DNA of 49,325 nt from the IMG/VR virus record IMGVR_UViG_3300044646_000320, positions 1 through 49,325 of that record; one strand, written 5' to 3'. Under the pieces are notes generated by a model. The model did not search any database. It was not told the origin of the DNA and was given only the letters and a program-made list of their open reading frames with translations. Of this stretch, positions 18,834 through 27,349 are shown in pieces. A program made the position numbers and the translations under genes. Position 1 is the stretch's first letter. Every line of letters starts with the position of its first letter. Source of the DNA: a virus (taxonomy: Duplodnaviria; Caudoviricetes).

Positions 18834-20891
18834 ATGCCCAGCAGCTACACCACCAACACAGGACTTGAGAAGCCCGGAGATGGCGAACAGGCCGGAAGCT
18901 GGGGCGGTACAGTCAACGACAACATGGACATCCTCGACCGCGCCCTGAACGGCGTTGGTTCAATAGCACTTTCTGGGACCACGCACACGCTGACCACCAG
19001 CGACGGCGTTCTATCTGACGGCCAGTATCGTGTGCTGGTTCTTGGCGGCACACCGTCAGGCACGAACACGATCACCCTCTCTCCGAACGACGCGCAGCAC
19101 CTTTACTTCGTGAGGAACAACTCAGGTCAGAGTGCCGTCTTCACTCAGGGCAGTGGAGGGAATGTCACCATTGCCAATGGAAAGAGCGCGATCATCTACG
19201 CAGATGGCGGTGGTGCCGGAGCCGCTGTCGTTGACATCACATCGACCTTCAACTTCCAGACAGCCAGCACGGCGCTTACGGCCATTGCCGCCCTTGCCAC
19301 CACTGATAACAACTTCATCGTCGGGAACGGATCTACTTGGGTAGCTGAGAGTGGCGCTACGGCGCGTACGTCTCTCGGGGTTGCCATTGGAACCAATGTT
19401 CAAGCATGGGATGCAAACCTAGATCAAATTGCAGCTCTTGCCGTTACTGATGGGAATTTCATTGTAGGGGATGGAACTGCTTGGGTTGCTGAGAGTGGAT
19501 CAACTGCGCGCACATCCCTTGGGCTAGGCTCCATCGCAACTCAGGCGGCGAACAACGTCACCATCAGCGGTGGCTCTATCACAGGGATCACAGATCTTGC
19601 TGTGGCAGACGGCGGTACAGGGGCATCATCCTTTACTGCAAACAACGTCTTGCTCGGCAATGGAACCTCTGCGTTTCAAGTTGTTGCACCCGGAACAACT
19701 GGTAATGTTCTTACTTCAAACGGAACAACTTGGGTATCTCAGGCCGTAACTGCTAGCTTGACTGGAGTTACACAATCAGTTTATCCTAATTTAGTTGCAT
19801 TTGGTGTAGGTGCTGGAGTTGTAAATAATAATGGCACTGGAAATACTTTTATTGGTTATGATTCTGGTAATGACAACACAGATGGAAGTAGAAATACATC
19901 AGTTGGTCATTTATCTTTTGATACAAATACAACAGGTAGCGACAATACTGCAATTGGATATGCATCCCTTAGTACAAGCACTTCAAATGGCAATACTGCA
20001 ATCGGCAGCTATGCTTTATTTGACTGCACAATTGGATCAGATAATTGTGCACTTGGTCATAATTCATTGACAAATCTTACTACAGGTCTTCAGAATGTAT
20101 CTATAGGAACAGATTCTGGAGTTGCAACAACTTCTGGATCTTACAATGTATTCATTGGAGATGGTGTAGCTGAGAACCTAAACGGTTCATATAATTGTGT
20201 AATTGGACATAGGGCTCTTAATTCTGCTGTATCTAATACAGGAACTGTAGCAATTGGTTCTGATGCTCTTTTTTCTACAACTGGTCAGAAAAACATTGGA
20301 ATAGGTTATCAAGCTGGAAATAGTATAACTTCAGGAACTGGAAATACTCTGCTAGGATATGATGTTGATACTGGAAGTGCCACCGCTCAGGACCGAATCG
20401 TAATCGGTCGTGAGGTTTCTGGCAGTGCTGATGATCGCATCACAATCGGCATCACCACGAACAAGGCAGAGCTTGACCTTGATGGTTCTGATACGTCTTG
20501 GGCCGCTTCTTCTGACAGCAGACTGAAGACCAACGTCGCCCCATACAGCGCTGGCCTTTCCTTCATCAACGACCTGAGCGTTGTCTCGTTCAACTGGAAG
20601 AAGAAGCGCGACGTTCCAGAGGATCTCGTTGGCTACCACGCTGACAGTGATGATCCCATCCATGGGAGGCCGGGGAAGACCTATCATGGCTTCATCGCTC
20701 AGGATGTGAGGAAGGCGCTGGATGACCATCCAGAGGTCGCTGATGGTCAGCACTTCTGGAAGCTGCGGGAGGATGGAGTTCAGACTACAGCTCCGTCCGA
20801 CCTTGTGCCAATCTTGGTGCGAGCGATTCAGGAGCTGTCCAGTCAGGTAGCTCTTCTTCGTTCAGAGCTTGACGCCATCAAGGGCGCTTGA
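18834..20891 (+). CDS. Tail fibre with a C-terminal intramolecular chaperone (peptidase S74-like)
   Basis: N-terminal anchor MPSSYT..GLEKP..G...WG...N.N; duplicated NFIVG.G..WVAESG.TARTSLG; N(T/V).IG repeats; SSDSRLKTNV...GFIAQDV...LVPILVRAIQEL. Confidence 0.85.
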   Translation: MPSSYTTNTGLEKPGDGEQAGSWGGTVNDNMDILDRALNGVGSIALSGTTHTLTTSDGVLSDGQYRVLVLGGTPSGTNTITLSPNDAQHLYFVRNNSGQSAVFTQGSGGNVTIANGKSAIIYADGGGAGAAVVDITSTFNFQTASTALTAIAALATTDNNFIVGNGSTWVAESGATARTSLGVAIGTNVQAWDANLDQIAALAVTDGNFIVGDGTAWVAESGSTARTSLGLGSIATQAANNVTISGGSITGITDLAVADGGTGASSFTANNVLLGNGTSAFQVVAPGTTGNVLTSNGTTWVSQAVTASLTGVTQSVYPNLVAFGVGAGVVNNNGTGNTFIGYDSGNDNTDGSRNTSVGHLSFDTNTTGSDNTAIGYASLSTSTSNGNTAIGSYALFDCTIGSDNCALGHNSLTNLTTGLQNVSIGTDSGVATTSGSYNVFIGDGVAENLNGSYNCVIGHRALNSAVSNTGTVAIGSDALFSTTGQKNIGIGYQAGNSITSGTGNTLLGYDVDTGSATAQDRIVIGREVSGSADDRITIGITTNKAELDLDGSDTSWAASSDSRLKTNVAPYSAGLSFINDLSVVSFNWKKKRDVPEDLVGYHADSDDPIHGRPGKTYHGFIAQDVRKALDDHPEVADGQHFWKLREDGVQTTAPSDLVPILVRAIQELSSQVALLRSELDAIKGA

Positions 20892-20916
20892 GGCGTATGC
20901 GACCAGAGGTGCCGCC

Positions 20917-22779
20917 ATGCCGCTAACGAAGTTGCAGTTCGTCCCGGGTATCAACAGGGAGAAGACAGACTATACAAACTCCGGCGGGTGGTATGACTGC
21001 GACAAGATCAGGTTCAGGGATGGTCTACCTGAAACGATAGGTGGCTGGACGAAGTACACCAATCAATCGATCCTCGGCACCTGTGTTTCGCTTCACAACT
21101 GGGCAGCTCTGGATGGAGATCTTCTCACTGGAGCAGGAACGAACTTGAAGTTCTACATCGTTGAGGGCGGAACCCCCAACGATATCACGCCCATCAGAAG
21201 AACTGTTACCCTAGCGGCTGACCCGCTTGAGTCCGACGCTGCTGCAAGTGGCGTTGTGATAGTCAGCGATACCGGACACGGAGCAATTCTAAACGACTTT
21301 GTTACTATATCAGGCGCAACAACGTTTGATGGGCTTACAACTGGACAATTGAATAAAGAGCATCAGATAATTGAGATTATTAATGCCAACTCATACAAAA
21401 TAAACACTGGAGGATCTGCTACCACTGGCGGCATCACCGGCGGTGGAGCTTCTGTGCAGGCTCAGTACCAGATCAACACTGGCCTAGATACCTCAGTGTT
21501 CGGCACTGGATGGGGCGCTGGACCTTGGGGCAGTGGCGGTTGGGGGTCTCCTGCAACCACGACTGTTCCCGGAGCACAGCTTCGCCTTTGGAGTCAGGAC
21601 AACTTCGGCGAGGATCTTCTTTTCAACGTCAGGGATGGCGGAATCTACTACTGGGACAAGAGTTCTGGGGTAGGAACCCGTGGCGTTAACATCACGAGCC
21701 TGAGCGGCTCCAACCTTGCTCCCACTGTGTCGAAGATAGTGATCGTGTCTGAGCGCGACAGGCATGTCATTGCGTTTGGCTGCGACCCAGAGTCGAACAT
21801 CGGCACCCAAGATCCTCTCGTCATCCGATTCTCGGATCAGGAAAACCTGACGGACTGGCAGTCCACTCCAGAGAACACTGCTGGAGAGCTTCGCCTCGGA
21901 AGCGGAAGCGAGATCATCTCTGCAATTCAAACAAAGCAGCAAATATTCATTCTAACGGACTCATCTGCTCACACGATGCAGTTCATTGGACCGCCCTTCA
22001 CGTTCGGCTTGAGCGAGGTCTCCACGAACACCACGATCATCAGTCAGAACGCCGCTGTTGCAATCGGCGACTCTGTATTCTGGATGGGCAAGGGTGAGTT
22101 CTACACATACAACGGCGCTGTGTCTCAGTTACCGTGCTCCGTGAAAGAGTATGTGTTCAACGACCTCAACGAGAACCAGTCACTGAAGGTCATCGCGTCA
22201 TCGAACTCCTCATTTGGAGAGGTTTGGTGGTTCTATCCTTCTTCAAGCAGTCAGTCAGTAGACAAGTATGTAGTCTATAACTACCAGCAGGGCGTCTGGT
22301 ATTATGGGTCTCTGTCTAGGAGCGCTTGGGCAGACAGAACTGTGTTGCAGTACCCGATTGCAGCGGCTCCTGATGGTTACATCTACTACCACGAAGTCGG
22401 TCTGAATGACGGATCTGCAAACCCTCCTGTTGGCATCAGCGCTTACATCGAGTCGAGCGCAATCGACATAAGCGATGGCAACCAGTTCATGTTCGCGAAC
22501 AGGGTGATACCTGACATCACGTTCAGAAACTCGACGAATCCATCTCCTACCGTCACCATGACGATCAAGGCTAGGAACTTCCCCGGAGAGAACTTCATAG
22601 ACAGCTACGGAAATAGCGTCGTCAGAACGGCTACTGTGCCTGTCGAGCAGTACACGGATCAAGTCTTCATACGTCTTCGCGGCAGGAGCGTGGCGCTGAG
22701 GGTGGCTTCGAGCGCAACCAACACTGCATGGCGTCTCGGCACACCAAGGCTTGATCTCAGGCCGGATGGTCGAAGATGA
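20917..22779 (+). CDS. Tail nozzle / tail tubular protein B-like (beta-propeller)
   Basis: MPLTKLQFVPGINRE; WSQDNFGEDL, IRFSDQE and FWMG motifs; start taken at ATG 20917 after GAGGT. Confidence 0.7.
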   Translation: MPLTKLQFVPGINREKTDYTNSGGWYDCDKIRFRDGLPETIGGWTKYTNQSILGTCVSLHNWAALDGDLLTGAGTNLKFYIVEGGTPNDITPIRRTVTLAADPLESDAAASGVVIVSDTGHGAILNDFVTISGATTFDGLTTGQLNKEHQIIEIINANSYKINTGGSATTGGITGGGASVQAQYQINTGLDTSVFGTGWGAGPWGSGGWGSPATTTVPGAQLRLWSQDNFGEDLLFNVRDGGIYYWDKSSGVGTRGVNITSLSGSNLAPTVSKIVIVSERDRHVIAFGCDPESNIGTQDPLVIRFSDQENLTDWQSTPENTAGELRLGSGSEIISAIQTKQQIFILTDSSAHTMQFIGPPFTFGLSEVSTNTTIISQNAAVAIGDSVFWMGKGEFYTYNGAVSQLPCSVKEYVFNDLNENQSLKVIASSNSSFGEVWWFYPSSSSQSVDKYVVYNYQQGVWYYGSLSRSAWADRTVLQYPIAAAPDGYIYYHEVGLNDGSANPPVGISAYIESSAIDISDGNQFMFANRVIPDITFRNSTNPSPTVTMTIKARNFPGENFIDSYGNSVVRTATVPVEQYTDQVFIRLRGRSVALRVASSATNTAWRLGTPRLDLRPDGRR

Positions 22780-23072
22780 GTTCGAACGTCAACGTTCCAT
22801 TCTTCCCTGACCCTCCGAGGGAATACAACCAGTCCTACATGGCTCAGGTGGTGAGGGCGTTTGCACTCTTTGCCTATCAGGTCAGGAACCCGGGACAGGG
22901 AAGGAACACCTTCATCGTCCTGACAGACCTGCAACAGAACGACTTCGGACTTGAAGTCGGAGCCGTCTACAGGAGCGGCAACGATCTGAAGATAGTTCTA
23001 TTGAACATTTCGGCTCCAGCGGGTCTTTCATCTACGGGATCGGTGGGTTCAGTGACTGTAGTCACGACCTGA
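22776..23072 (+). CDS. Small tail-associated protein
   Basis: ATGA-coupled; P.PP.EY motif; ends in TGSVGSVTVVTT. Confidence 0.65.
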   Translation: MSSNVNVPFFPDPPREYNQSYMAQVVRAFALFAYQVRNPGQGRNTFIVLTDLQQNDFGLEVGAVYRSGNDLKIVLLNISAPAGLSSTGSVGSVTVVTT

Positions 23073-23095
23073 GTCTTTTCGGTGTTCTCGTTTTC

Positions 23096-23104
23096 TGGTA
23101 TGCT
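23096..23104 (+). promoter_or_regulatory. Extended -10 promoter candidate for the lysis cassette
   Basis: TGGTATGCT (TGn-TATGCT) in the intergenic gap. Confidence 0.4.
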
Positions 23105-23130
23105 CGCGGCGTCAGAAGTCGGAGAGCATC

Positions 23131-23376
23131 ATGGAAGTTGCCACGATCTGGAATGGTGTGCTTACAGCTATCTTGGCTGTGGGCGGTTGGATATTGAAGT
23201 CGTGGTATGATGAACTACAGAGACTTCAAATACTCCTGAACAGGACCAGAGAAGAAATCGCTAGAGACTATGTTACCAAATCTGAGGTGCATGCTGATAT
23301 CAACAGAGTGATTTCAAGGCTTGAGGCTCTTGACGCAAAGATCGACCGTCTTATGGAAAGAGTCAGCAGGTCATGA
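23131..23376 (+). CDS. Membrane-anchored coiled-coil protein (lysis module)
   Basis: N-terminal hydrophobic helix followed by a coiled coil; GGAGAG RBS. Confidence 0.7.
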   Translation: MEVATIWNGVLTAILAVGGWILKSWYDELQRLQILLNRTREEIARDYVTKSEVHADINRVISRLEALDAKIDRLMERVSRS

Positions 23377-23377
23377 A

Positions 23378-23854
23378 ATGTTGGACCCAGTCAGTGCGAT
23401 AGCGCTCGCATCAAGCGCTTACAATGCCATCAAGAAGGGCATTGAAATTGGCCGTGAGCTTCAGGACATGGGTGGTCAGCTTTCCCAGTGGGCAAGCGCC
23501 ATCAGTGATATCGAGTTCCTTGAGAAGAAGGCTCAAGATCCTCCTTGGTACAAGTCTTTCGGAAGTAGTGCCCAAGCTGAGGCAATGGAGTTATTCGCAG
23601 CAAAGAAGAAAATTGAAGCACAACGTAACGAATTAAGAACTTACATTCAATTCAGTTACGGGCAAAGTGGATGGGAAGAGTTTCTTAGAATGGAAGCAGA
23701 TGTTCGTAAAAGAAGATCTGCTCATGAGCATAGGAAAGCTGAAATCAAAGAGACTATCATCAGTGTTGTTTTAATACTGCTGATGATGTCTTCTGTTGTA
23801 GGATTTCTGGCGTTCCTTGCGTTCCTCTACTACAAGGAAAGGGAGGGATACTGA
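23378..23854 (+). CDS. Hypothetical protein with a C-terminal transmembrane helix
   Basis: MLDPVSAIALASSAYNAIKKG...; TM IISVVLILLMMSSVVGFLAFLAFLYY. Confidence 0.7.
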   Translation: MLDPVSAIALASSAYNAIKKGIEIGRELQDMGGQLSQWASAISDIEFLEKKAQDPPWYKSFGSSAQAEAMELFAAKKKIEAQRNELRTYIQFSYGQSGWEEFLRMEADVRKRRSAHEHRKAEIKETIISVVLILLMMSSVVGFLAFLAFLYYKEREGY

Positions 23855-24090
23855 TGAAGAGGATGGTCAGACAGGCATGGGGCGTTATGACCTACGGCCC
23901 GTTCATTCTTCTTTTGATCGGCATGATCGGATTCATCATGCTGTTCAGACATGCTGGTGATGGTTTCTACAGATACCCATGCCAAGATCCTGCGCTGTGG
24001 AGCGATCCGCAGTGCAGAAAGCCAGCTTGCGATTCCACTGGAACTTGCACAGACTACCTCATCAACAGGGAGATGATCGATGAAGGTTGA
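23854..24090 (+). CDS. Membrane-anchored Cys-rich small protein
   Basis: One TM segment, then YRYPCQDP..W..PQC..P.C...GTC. Confidence 0.65.
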   Translation: MKRMVRQAWGVMTYGPFILLLIGMIGFIMLFRHAGDGFYRYPCQDPALWSDPQCRKPACDSTGTCTDYLINREMIDEG

Positions 24091-24355
24091 TGAATACGCC
24101 GACACTCTGGAAGCGAAGCTGCGTTTCTTCGTCGGCATCTGCCTTGCGCTCACGCTGACTGGAACGATCTTCGCTGTCTTGTACAGCCTGATCTTCGTTA
24201 CTCAACCGATGAACGGATCTGCACCGAACGACGAGAAGTTCTTCGAACTCATCCAGCCCATCGCTACGTTCCTGACTGGCACCCTATCTGGTATCATGCT
24301 TGCCAGTCGCAGGGGACAGGAAGCTCCACGGCCTCCCTCTGGTGACGATCAATGA
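24080..24355 (+). CDS. Two-TM membrane protein, holin candidate
   Basis: Two hydrophobic segments in 91 aa; upstream of the endolysin. Confidence 0.55.
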   Translation: MKVDEYADTLEAKLRFFVGICLALTLTGTIFAVLYSLIFVTQPMNGSAPNDEKFFELIQPIATFLTGTLSGIMLASRRGQEAPRPPSGDDQ

Positions 24356-24777
24356 TGCGCTTCTGGGCTCTATCTCTCTCAGCGGCTCTGTTGTTTGGCG
24401 GTCTTCCAGCCAGCGCTGAGGCCTACAAGATCAACCGCATCATAGATGGAGACACCGTCGAGATTGCGGTTGACTTCTTGCCAAAGCCTCTCCCACCGAA
24501 ACTGTCGATCAGAGTGCTTGGCGTCGATACACCAGAGAAAGCGCCTCGCGCTCTATGCGAGGCAGAGGCAAAGAAAGCGAAGGCTGCAAGCGAGTTCACC
24601 AAGTCTGCTGTTGCTGCCGCGAAGGAAATCGACATCCAGATCAAGACTTGGGACAAGTATGGAGGTCGGGTTCTTGGGTACGTCATTCTTGACGGCAAGA
24701 GTCTGACAGACATGTTGATCGAGAACGGTCATGCCAGACCATACGCTGGCGAGAAGAAGTCATCTTGGTGTGAATGA
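24352..24777 (+). CDS. Thermonuclease (SNase-like) with a Sec signal peptide
   Basis: IIDGDT, IRVLGVDTPE, DKYGGRVLG, LIENGHARPY; N-terminal MMRFWALSLSAALLFGGLPASA. Confidence 0.9.
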   Translation: MMRFWALSLSAALLFGGLPASAEAYKINRIIDGDTVEIAVDFLPKPLPPKLSIRVLGVDTPEKAPRALCEAEAKKAKAASEFTKSAVAAAKEIDIQIKTWDKYGGRVLGYVILDGKSLTDMLIENGHARPYAGEKKSSWCE

Positions 24778-24785
24778 GGGTTGCC

Positions 24786-25706
24786 ATGCCGCTGCTCACT
24801 GAATCTCAACTATCGAAGATGATCCCCACGAACAAGGAAGTTGCAGAGTGGTGCTCTGTTCTCAATGACATGCTTCCGAAGTACGAGATCACAACGCCTC
24901 GCAGGATTGCTTCCTTCATCAGTCAGTGCGCCCATGAAAGTGCTGACTTCAAGCTGCTAGAAGAGAACCTGAACTACAGGGAGGATACGCTCCTGAGGGT
25001 GTTCCCGAGATACTTCGGACCCGGCAAGGAGAATGCGGCGGAGTACGCCCGCAACCCGGAGAAGATCGCGAACTATGTCTACATGGACAGGAACAGGTCT
25101 GCTGCTGGTGCGCTTGGAAATACACAGCCCGGAGACGGCTGGAGATTTCGCGGCAGAGGGCTGAAGCAGGTTACAGGCAGGTCGAACTACACCAGCTTCG
25201 GGAAGGCCATTGGCAAAACCGCTGAGGAAGTCGCAGAGTATCTGGAGACGAAAGAGGGCGCTCTCGTATCTGCGCTGTGGTTCTGGCAGAGCCGGAACCT
25301 CAATGAGGTGGCTGACACTGGCGATGTAGCCCGTGTCACCAAGATCATCAACGGAGGCGATATCGGCCTCGAAGACAGGAGAAAGAGATATGCTCAAGTT
25401 CTTGCGGTCATTGATGGGTCGGACGCCACAGGGGATGATCGCGGAAGCGGTGGCGGGAGCGGTGGTGGACAAGGTCCAGAGCGCAGTGGAGGAGGCAGTC
25501 AAGGACAAGGTGGAGGATCTGAAGTACTCCGCGTTGGAAGCCGTGGTGAAAAAGTCGCGCGACTCCAAAGGGCGCTTCGCATCCAAGACGACGGCTCCTT
25601 CGGTCCAGCAACAGAGCGCGCCCTCCGCGAGTGGCAAAAAGCCCAAGGCTTGACGCCAGATGGCATAGCTGGGCCGAGGACTCTCGCAGTCCTGCTGAAG
25701 GAGTAG
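24786..25706 (+). CDS. Endolysin: GH19 catalytic domain plus C-terminal peptidoglycan-binding domain
   Basis: F.SQCAHES..F..LEENLNY, GDGWRFRGRGLKQVTGRSNY, TKIINGG..GL.DR; LR.GSRGE.V..LQ.AL....DG.FGP.T..A...WQ...GL.PDGIAGP.T. Confidence 0.92.
   Translation: MPLLTESQLSKMIPTNKEVAEWCSVLNDMLPKYEITTPRRIASFISQCAHESADFKLLEENLNYREDTLLRVFPRYFGPGKENAAEYARNPEKIANYVYMDRNRSAAGALGNTQPGDGWRFRGRGLKQVTGRSNYTSFGKAIGKTAEEVAEYLETKEGALVSALWFWQSRNLNEVADTGDVARVTKIINGGDIGLEDRRKRYAQVLAVIDGSDATGDDRGSGGGSGGGQGPERSGGGSQGQGGGSEVLRVGSRGEKVARLQRALRIQDDGSFGPATERALREWQKAQGLTPDGIAGPRTLAVLLKE
25390..25653 (+). CDS. Overprinted 87-aa gene in the +1 frame inside the endolysin
   Basis: AGGAG at 25377-25381, 8 nt before ATG 25390; MLKFLRSLMGRTPQGMIAEAVAGAVVDKVQSAVEEAVKDKVEDLKYSALEAVVKKSRDSKGRF... 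Confidence 0.6.
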   Translation: MLKFLRSLMGRTPQGMIAEAVAGAVVDKVQSAVEEAVKDKVEDLKYSALEAVVKKSRDSKGRFASKTTAPSVQQQSAPSASGKKPKA

Positions 25707-25744
25707 TTCAATAGAACTACTTCCTAGAATGTGTTTGCCGCGTC

Positions 25745-25765
25745 TGTTATGATGCGGCGCATCAT
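25745..25765 (+). promoter_or_regulatory. Extended -10 promoter candidate overlapped by a 7-bp inverted repeat
   Basis: TGTTATGAT at 25745-25753; ATGATGC-GGC-GCATCAT at 25749-25765. Confidence 0.45.
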
Positions 25766-25780
25766 GCTGTGGAGAGCGAT

Positions 25781-26920
25781 ATGCTTCCGATGCTTCTAAG
25801 CTTCTTGGGTGCCGGTGTTGCCAAGACTGGCGCTCTTGGTGCGTTCCTTGGATCGAATCCACTGATTGCCGCCTCGATTGGAGCTGGCCTCGGCAGGACG
25901 GCTGAAACAGGCAACCTCAGCGAAGGCATCAAGGCGGGGTTCGGATCGTTCGTCGGTGGCACCGCTCTCGGTGCTATCGGCAACGCTCTGGGTGGCGCTG
26001 GAGGGCAGGCTGCTGCAAGTCAGGCAGCAGAAGGTCTGGCTCCTTCCAGAGTCCCTGTCCCTCTCCCACGGCCAACTGCTGGCATGTCTATGCCTTCCAT
26101 TGGGAACGTCTTCCAAGGCGGCATGCAGTTCGGTCAGTCTGCTGCTGGCATTGGATCGACAGTCGGAAGCACGCTCGCTTCTCCGCAGACTCCTCCGAAA
26201 ACTTCAAAGCCATCGACAGGACCGATCCCCGACCTGTCTACCATCAGGCCAATGGAGCGCACACTGCGCAGCCCTCCTGCTGGCTACAGGCCGGGGTACG
26301 ATCCTGAGTTCGACTATGGGATGAGCAACCCATACACCTCCGAGTACTTCACCCGTCGCTATGCAAGCGGAGGAACTGTCCGCAAGCATGTTCCGGGTTA
26401 TGGGACGATCTACCTGCAAGCCGGAGGTATTGCAGACCTCGTTGCGGAACCTGAAGATGCTGTCGAGATCGAGCCCGAGGACGGAGAGTTCGAGATCGAA
26501 GAGTCCCGCACTGCTGGCGGCAATGAGAAGTCTGTCATTGTTGACGCTGTCATGGCGATCAAGAACATGCACCCGCAGCCAGAGGTTGCCCTTGCCACGT
26601 TCGTGCAGAACTATGGAGAGGAATCCCTGCGAGATCTCGTTGATCGAGTTCAGTCCGGTGAGTTCGACAAGACCATCGACAGGTTCTCCAGAGGAGAGAA
26701 AGGCGAGGTCCGTGGACCGGGCGACGGCTCTGGAACTGATGACATGGTTCCCGCCACCATTGACGGACAGCAGGATGTCCTCCTGAGCGATGGAGAGTTT
26801 GTCGTTCGCAAGGATTCAACGGACGCCCTTGAAGATGAGTTCGGATCAGGCTTCATGGACAGGATGAATGGTGCTGGTCCGAAAGCGCCCGAAGTCGTTC
26901 GAGAGATGGTGATGTCGTAG
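25781..26920 (+). CDS. Internal virion / ejection protein
   Basis: Gly/Ala-rich hydrophobic N-terminus; YASGG and LQAGG motifs; C-terminal GPGDG...DD.VPA.......LLSDGEFVV domain; GGAGAG RBS. Confidence 0.65.
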   Translation: MLPMLLSFLGAGVAKTGALGAFLGSNPLIAASIGAGLGRTAETGNLSEGIKAGFGSFVGGTALGAIGNALGGAGGQAAASQAAEGLAPSRVPVPLPRPTAGMSMPSIGNVFQGGMQFGQSAAGIGSTVGSTLASPQTPPKTSKPSTGPIPDLSTIRPMERTLRSPPAGYRPGYDPEFDYGMSNPYTSEYFTRRYASGGTVRKHVPGYGTIYLQAGGIADLVAEPEDAVEIEPEDGEFEIEESRTAGGNEKSVIVDAVMAIKNMHPQPEVALATFVQNYGEESLRDLVDRVQSGEFDKTIDRFSRGEKGEVRGPGDGSGTDDMVPATIDGQQDVLLSDGEFVVRKDSTDALEDEFGSGFMDRMNGAGPKAPEVVREMVMS

Positions 26921-27349
26921 ATGAGTGATGTGAAGGTCTTCGCTGTTCCAGTAGATCTTCTCGACGCAGTCTGGGGAGATGCGGCTCGCTGGCTGAAACC
27001 AGCGGTTGATAGATCCAACGGCAGAAGCTCTATCGGAGACACCTACTCTGACATCGAGTCTGGCAACAGCGTTCTGTGGATGGTCAGGAGGAGCGACGTT
27101 CCGGTTGGCTATTACACCACCAGAGTTGCCCAGTACCCCGGCTGCAAGGCAATGGTGTTGGACTGGATAGGCGGTTCTGGTATAGCATCGTGGATGAACG
27201 ACACCATTGAAGCGATGCGAAAGCATGCTGAACACAACAACTGCACCCACATCGAGTTCACTGGAAGAGAAGGTTGGGGCAGGCTTCTGAAGAACACTGG
27301 CTGGCAGCAAGAGTATGTCTGCTACAGGATGGAGTTGAAGGATGAGTAA
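26921..27349 (+). CDS. GNAT-fold-like virion assembly protein (T7 gp13 / P22 gp14 positional analogue)
   Basis: IGG.G...W......A....C..IE..GR.GW.R.L...GW pattern; lies among the ejection genes. Confidence 0.6.
   Translation: MSDVKVFAVPVDLLDAVWGDAARWLKPAVDRSNGRSSIGDTYSDIESGNSVLWMVRRSDVPVGYYTTRVAQYPGCKAMVLDWIGGSGIASWMNDTIEAMRKHAEHNNCTHIEFTGREGWGRLLKNTGWQQEYVCYRMELKDE

Noticed and set aside
12511-20891. Diversity-generating retroelement acting on the fibre genes
   Set aside because: No reverse transcriptase and no near-identical template/variable repeat pair seen in the window.
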